Positions 22,500-26,994 of a stretch of 26,994 nt of DNA are shown here, piece after piece. Position 1 is the stretch's first letter, and every line of letters starts with the position of its first letter. The stretch lies in the IMG/VR virus record IMGVR_UViG_3300037470_000016, positions 1-26,994 of that record. One strand, 5' to 3'. The stretch comes from a virus. Taxonomy: Duplodnaviria > Caudoviricetes. The position numbers and the translations under genes are program-made. Under the pieces are notes generated by a model, which worked only from the letters and a program-made list of their open reading frames with translations, ran no database searches and was not told where the DNA came from.

Positions 22500-23135
22500 T
22501 GTCATGACATGGCAGGGCAAACTGGACATCGGACATCGTGGGACATGGTAGGACATGTGTGGACATGGGCTGGCCAGGCTGGGGCAGGGCTGGCATGGGT
22601 GGGCATGTGTTGACATGTACAGAAGGGGCAGCATGTGTACTCATATGCAGGGATATGTGCCCATTTGCCTGTGATTTGCGGGTGATTCGCCCGATTCGCC
22701 TTGGATGTGAAGGTGTGGACTGACACATGCCTACATATCCACCCATGTGTGGACACCCTACGCGCGCGTGTGCGTGTGCGCCTGTTCCATCCATGATCAT
22801 ACGTGCGTGCTCATGTGAGCACAGCTGTGCCCATGTGTGCATGAGTGGAGGAACAAACAGGACATCAGAGGACATAGCGGAAGACTTACTGGGGCAAGTC
22901 GTACATGTCCTTATTCACAGTCACCTTCGCTCCAGTGAATCCAAGGCTCTTTGATCATGGGATCAGCCTGCCCTCAGGGGCAGGATGTCCTGCTGTGTCC
23001 TGGTTTGCCCTGATCTTTTGTCCTAGTTTAGTGTGACATGTGGGCAGCTTCTGGACACCTCAAAGAAGTTTTCTGCCCTGTTGTGTCCTAGTTTGCCCTC
23101 CAGTGAAGCGCCTGACATGTCCGACTTGCCCCAGA
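22500..23135. repeat. Short-repeat region (GGACAT at 10-bp period; inverted TGTCC copies), probable genome terminus / packaging region
   Basis: GGACAT at 22524, 22531, 22541, 22551, 22561, 22860, 22870; TGTCC at 22906, 22986, 22996, 23019, 23084, 23118; sits between divergent late and early operons. Confidence 0.65.
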
Positions 23136-23152
23136 ATGCCGGCCTGTTCACC

Positions 23153-23181
23153 TTTGCGGTCACTCCTGCAATCCGTAGTGT
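23153..23181 (+). promoter_or_regulatory. Putative early sigma70/HrdB-type promoter P1
   Basis: TTTGCG-N17-TAGTGT. Confidence 0.5.
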
Positions 23182-23240
23182 TCTGGTTGTCAGCCAAACG
23201 AACCGCAAGGGGAGTGAGGCGGGGATCAAACCCCGGACAA

Positions 23241-23256
23241 CTTGAGAACTTCAGAG
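23241..23256 (+). promoter_or_regulatory. rrn-leader boxA-like element
   Basis: CTTGAGAACTTCAGAG resembles the recalled actinobacterial rrn leader motif CTTGAGAACTCAACAG; lies downstream of P1 and hairpins. Confidence 0.4.
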
Positions 23257-23414
23257 CACGATCAGACTCAAGCTCACACTTGTGAGCATGGGCCAGCACG
23301 CAGAGCAGCCTCCCCTTACTTAGGTTTGGGGACTTGCGAGCCGAGCGTGTGACCGGAGCTTCCCAGTATCCGCTTGACGGCGGGGAAGAGGAGTGGGGCA
23401 TTACTGGTCTGGTC

Positions 23415-23443
23415 TTGACAGGTTCCTGTGAACCTGCGAGAGT
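23415..23443 (+). promoter_or_regulatory. Putative early promoter P2
   Basis: TTGACA-N17-GAGAGT with extended -10 TG. Confidence 0.55.
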
Positions 23444-23546
23444 CCCCCTGTCCGCTTGCAGTGAGCAAGCGGCCTGGATCACGATGCTAACCTTCGGGGA
23501 TGCGTGAGCGGGCCGTGAATCGCTGCTACAGGACACCAAGAGGGGC

Positions 23547-23575
23547 TTGACAAGGTGAACACGACCTGACAGAGT
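23547..23575 (+). promoter_or_regulatory. Putative early promoter P3
   Basis: TTGACA-N17-CAGAGT with extended -10 TG; shares CTTGACA-N11-ACCTG-NN-AGAGTC with P2. Confidence 0.6.
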
Positions 23576-23582
23576 CTGACTC

Positions 23583-24230
23583 GTGCCGAGGAGCTTTCAA
23601 GGTCCTTGACGCAAAAGCCAGTAACGCCCGGAGTAAGGGGAGTTGCCTGTAGATCCTTGCGGGTGGCGAACTTTAAGTCGAGAGCGGTAACCACGGTGAG
23701 AGCTGAGCTGTACTCACTCCCCGAGAGGGGTGCCTGACTCGATCAAAGGCAGCGTCTGTTCCTTACCGGTCACCATGCCGGAACCAATTCCATAAATGCA
23801 GTGTGTGATCCCAGGCAGAGAAAGACTGCCCCTCGCACCGTTCATACCCTAACCGGGTGCCCTTGTCGGGCCCTAGGGGTGATGTACGTTCGATCGGATC
23901 GTGTGTGCTGCTCTGAGGGGTACAGTGATATGGCTGTGCTTGAGGAGCGGTGCGAGCTGGATCACACACATTCTCTTCCTCTTATCGTGCCGCAAGGTGC
24001 GATAAGGGCTCACCGGGCCGTATGCTAGGCTCGGTGGGTCCCCTTGTTGAGGGGCTTGCCGGTCATGAGACACTCGTAAGAGTGTCCACGTGGCCTTCTG
24101 AGCCCCTCGGGGAGCCTGCGGGTACTTCGGTATCCAAGGGCTGTCCGGGAGCCTCACAGAGAGCCATGTGGCTGCTTTGCAGCCAAAGGGCACGGCGCTG
24201 ACGAATGTCAGCGACGATCTGTGAGGGCCT
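23583..24230 (+). ncRNA. Candidate large structured ncRNA or structured early leader
   Basis: No credible ORF; nested long-range helices and GAGA, GCAA, GTAA and TTCG tetraloops on the plus strand. Confidence 0.55.
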
Positions 24231-24249
24231 TAACGCAAGGGAGAGAGAC

Positions 24250-24579
24250 ATGGCCAAGAACACGTACACCTTCGTCTGCATGCTGGATGGACAGCGTGTC
24301 GCTGGCACGTCGGAGGATTCTTACTCCGACGTCTACGACCTCATGACTTGCGTCAACTGCAACCATGGGGCAGGCCGCGACTGCCCCTCCATCAACTTCA
24401 TGCTTGACCTGAAGGCGACGGAACAGGCCACCCTGATCACTCGCACCGAGGATGGTGTGGGTGTGAACGTGGCCTACCTGAACAAGGAATTCGTCCCGGT
24501 GCACACGATGGACAACTGCCCGGTGTACAACTGCGAGACGTGCAGCGATCTGTATGCATGGGCTCGTCAAGATGGCTGA
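24250..24579 (+). CDS. Early hypothetical protein, Cys-rich (CxxC motifs)
   Basis: ATG at 24250 after the CAAGGGAGAGA motif; high-GC3 codon usage. Confidence 0.8.
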   Translation: MAKNTYTFVCMLDGQRVAGTSEDSYSDVYDLMTCVNCNHGAGRDCPSINFMLDLKATEQATLITRTEDGVGVNVAYLNKEFVPVHTMDNCPVYNCETCSDLYAWARQDG

Positions 24580-24658
24580 CAGTCAGTGACCAGATGGAGC
24601 CGACGCCTTCAGGGCGTCGGTTGCCTCGGCATCACTGCCGGACACAAGGGAGAGAAAC

Positions 24659-24985
24659 GTGAAGATGTCCGAGAAGATCGCCAAGATCGAAGAGCAGCTC
24701 ACTCGTGGGCTCATCACTTCCGACGAGTTCTGCTCGGAAGTGGATCTGGTAGTCAGCAGGGTGGTACGTCAGCTGTCGCTCAAGAAGGGCGAGGTCTGGC
24801 GTGCCAAGGACAAGTACGGCAACTTCCAGTCCTTCCTGGTCGGAGAGGTGTCCTACCAGGACCACTTGGTCCTGTGGAGGTTGGACGAGAGCCCCTCGCA
24901 CTGCTCCATGGACTACTGGACGAACAACAAGGGCTACACCGGCTGGACGAAGACCCTCAGCTCGACGGGGACCCTTGCGGCCTGA
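24659..24985 (+). CDS. Early hypothetical protein
   Basis: GTG after CAAGGGAGAGA; 108 aa. Confidence 0.8.
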   Translation: MKMSEKIAKIEEQLTRGLITSDEFCSEVDLVVSRVVRQLSLKKGEVWRAKDKYGNFQSFLVGEVSYQDHLVLWRLDESPSHCSMDYWTNNKGYTGWTKTLSSTGTLAA

Positions 24986-25068
24986 CAGTACATGACCACG
25001 GTGAACGTTCCCCTCCGGGGGAACGTTGACCCGGCATCATGTGCCGAACTGAACAAGGGAGAGAGACC

Positions 25069-25464
25069 TTGAAGAGCATTGAGTTCAATGACGCCTTCAT
25101 GGGTAGTGGTGACCCCCTCAAGGGTTCCACGATCCCCGGTTTCGGTGCGGGCAACCGTACCGCCTCCACCCCACGGGTGGGGCGTAACCGAGCGAAGGCC
25201 GCGCCGCTGAAGCCCGTCAAGAAGGCCAAGGCGCCGCTGAAGCCCGTCAAGAAGGGCTTGGCGCGGTGTGCTGTCTCTGTCAAGTCCATCGGTGACCGCA
25301 CCTTCGAGGTGCGCGTCAAGGGCACCCTTCACATTCTGGGGCACATTCGCTCCAGTCAGGGCGCCAAGGGCAAGGCGTACAGCTACCGCATCATCGGAGA
25401 GGCAAGCCACAACGGCTTCGCCTCTCAGAAGGCTGCCGTCGACCGGATGCTGGAGAAGTGCTGA
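25069..25464 (+). CDS. Early highly basic protein, possibly nucleic-acid-binding
   Basis: TTG at 25069 after CAAGGGAGAGA; APLKPVKK repeated twice. Confidence 0.75.
   Translation: MKSIEFNDAFMGSGDPLKGSTIPGFGAGNRTASTPRVGRNRAKAAPLKPVKKAKAPLKPVKKGLARCAVSVKSIGDRTFEVRVKGTLHILGHIRSSQGAKGKAYSYRIIGEASHNGFASQKAAVDRMLEKC
25201..25255 (+). repeat. 25-bp direct repeat at 30-bp period, in frame
   Basis: GCGCCGCTGAAGCCCGTCAAGAAGG at 25201 and 25231. Confidence 0.9.
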
Positions 25465-25541
25465 TGGGTGGCGCATGCCTCCTGATCGGCATCTTCGGCT
25501 GGTTCTTCCTTCTCCAAGTCATACTTCAGGAGGACAAATGA
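25464..25541 (+). CDS. Putative 25-aa membrane microprotein (MGGACLLIGIFGWFFLLQVILQEDK)
   Basis: TGATG coupling upstream, ATGA coupling downstream; single hydrophobic helix. Confidence 0.5.
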   Translation: MGGACLLIGIFGWFFLLQVILQEDK

Positions 25542-25618
25542 TCCTGTACGCCATACTCGGCTCCTGTGGGATGCTGACAGGCTGGAAGTTCACTCTGGAC
25601 TGGTTCTGCAAGAACTGA
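25538..25618 (+). CDS. Putative 26-aa membrane microprotein (MILYAILGSCGMLTGWKFTLDWFCKN)
   Basis: AGGAGG RBS; ATGA overlap; hydrophobic. Confidence 0.55.
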   Translation: MILYAILGSCGMLTGWKFTLDWFCKN

Positions 25619-25762
25619 GGTGATCCACAATCTTCATCATCATCGTCTCTGACGATGTTGGTGATGTGCCATGGATTATGGTACGGCATGCGGATGCTTG
25701 CATCCGAATGGCATGACTGTGACAACGTCACAGTCAATAAACCCACACAAGGGGAGAGAATC

Positions 25763-26440
25763 ATGACCGACCACTCCGCAGCCGTCAACGCCGGTATCCA
25801 GCTCCTGGACGCCGAGCGTCCCGGCTGGAAGTCGGAAGTCGACCTCGACAACCTGGACCTGGGTTCGTGCGGTGTCTGTGTGCTGGGCCAGATCTTCGGA
25901 GAGTACTCCGAGGGCCTGTCCGAGCTGGGCATCAGCGTGGGCTCGCGCTACGGTTTCGACCTGGTGGGCGGAAGCGGCTCGTACACTGAGCTGACCAAGG
26001 CCTGGAAGGACGCTCTCGGCACGAACAACGTGCTGGTCGAGAAGGGCGACGTGTACAAGGACACCTACGGCTACGCCGTCATGGTGCTCCAGACGCACCT
26101 CGTCTCGGTCGACGGCAACACCATCACCACGTACATCGTGCAGACCGGCTCGACCAGCACGGCGGGCGTCTTCACGCCGTACAACGCCAAGAGCGTGTCC
26201 GTCCTTCTGAAGACGGACTTCGAGACCACGTACAAGACCAAGGTCGAGAAGTTCGCTCCGAAGAAGGGCATGTTCGTCACGAACGCGGCGGGCCAGAACT
26301 TCTACATGGTCGGCGACGACGAGGTCCGTGAGATCAAGCACGGCTCGTACTCCCGATACCTGCGGACGGAAGACCTGGTGGGCATGAAGGAGATGCTCAC
26401 GGGTCCCGGCCACAAGTTCTCGTCGGTGATCGTCAAGTGA
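25763..26440 (+). CDS. Early hypothetical protein (LLDAERPGW...CVLGQIFG domain plus beta-rich modules)
   Basis: ATG at 25763 after CAAGGGGAGAGA; strong codon bias. Confidence 0.85.
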   Translation: MTDHSAAVNAGIQLLDAERPGWKSEVDLDNLDLGSCGVCVLGQIFGEYSEGLSELGISVGSRYGFDLVGGSGSYTELTKAWKDALGTNNVLVEKGDVYKDTYGYAVMVLQTHLVSVDGNTITTYIVQTGSTSTAGVFTPYNAKSVSVLLKTDFETTYKTKVEKFAPKKGMFVTNAAGQNFYMVGDDEVREIKHGSYSRYLRTEDLVGMKEMLTGPGHKFSSVIVK

Positions 26441-26540
26441 TCCAATCGCACTAGCTGCGAGCATGGTACTCACCTTCGGGTGAGTGCCGTGTGCCTAGCT
26501 ATGTTCGGTTAGGTACAACTCTGCACAAGGGGAGAGAATC

Positions 26541-26994
26541 ATGGGACTCAAGGCTCTCGACAAGACGTACGAGATGTTCTCGGTCGGCGACATCGTCGTG
26601 CACAACTCCTACGGGAGCGTGTACGGCGTGGAGCTGCTCAAGAAGGTCTTCGTCGAAGAGACGAACGAGTACCACTTCATCGGCCGCACGGTCAACGTCG
26701 TGAACGGCAAGTCGTTCCCCGACAAGAACCACAAGGGTGACCCCGCGCTGGACGTCCTGACCGTGAAGACGCTCCGTGGCTACAGCCACAAGTGGACGCC
26801 CGGTGTGGTCTTCAAGGCCGGTCAGGTCCTCAAGGACCAGGACGGCATCACCTTCCTGGTGGTGTCCGACAGCCGGATCTGGAACCTCAAGACCGGCACC
26901 CAGACCACGCAGGAAAAGTGGGAGGGCGACAACGGAAGCTACGGCAACCGCAAGTTCGAGGAGGTCAAGACTGCCTCCGGAACGTCCTTCACCT
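26541..26994 (+). CDS. Early hypothetical protein, runs off the window (MGLKALDKTYEMFSVGDIVVHNSYG...)
   Basis: ATG at 26541 after CAAGGGGAGAGA; frame open to the window end; absent from the track because truncated. Confidence 0.85.
   Translation, partial: MGLKALDKTYEMFSVGDIVVHNSYGSVYGVELLKKVFVEETNEYHFIGRTVNVVNGKSFPDKNHKGDPALDVLTVKTLRGYSHKWTPGVVFKAGQVLKDQDGITFLVVSDSRIWNLKTGTQTTQEKWEGDNGSYGNRKFEEVKTASGTSFT

Noticed and set aside
22524-22620. CRISPR array
   Set aside because: Units are 10 bp with no unique spacers, and there are no cas genes.
22495-24201. Short ORFs in the intergenic region (22495..22875, 23060..23539, 23873..24193 and others)
   Set aside because: Low-complexity translations of repeats and hairpins; no RBS or phage-like codon bias.
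25655-25762. N-terminal extension of ORF 25655..26440, and a CRP-like TGTGA-N5-TCACA near 25718
   Set aside because: The region is a run of hairpins before the conserved start motif at 25748. The palindrome has the wrong spacing for CRP and is part of an RNA stem.
1-26994. Prophage or integration features
   Set aside because: No integrase, repressor, att site or host genes are visible; the tRNAs are atypical, phage-type genes rather than host loci.

Overview
The window is part of a high-GC (~60% by eye) podovirus-like phage of an actinobacterial host, probably Streptomyces. Gene order and the tRNA cluster resemble Streptomyces cluster BF-type podophages; this is from recall and was not searched. 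The minus strand carries the late operon: terminase with an N-terminal HTH, amidase endolysin, portal, a 1624-aa internal virion protein, two paralogous muralytic ejection proteins, a dense tRNA cluster with an HNH endonuclease, scaffold, major capsid, beta-helix tail spike and an Acb2/Tad1-like small protein. A ~2.2 kb non-coding region (22072-24249) holds phased repeats (probably the genome terminus), CRP-like boxes, tandem early promoters and a heavily base-paired candidate ncRNA. Plus-strand early genes follow. The most unusual part is the tRNA cluster. It has 21 tRNAs covering all 20 amino acids in a mitochondrion-like minimal set, including A34 anticodons for Thr and Ser and several tRNAs with a miniature D-arm and extended anticodon stem. 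It also contains a circularly permuted tRNA-like (YrlA-like) module whose rejoined junction nearly duplicates a nearby hairpin, and spacers filled by small folded RNAs including an H-type pseudoknot. All folding and homology calls were made by eye.
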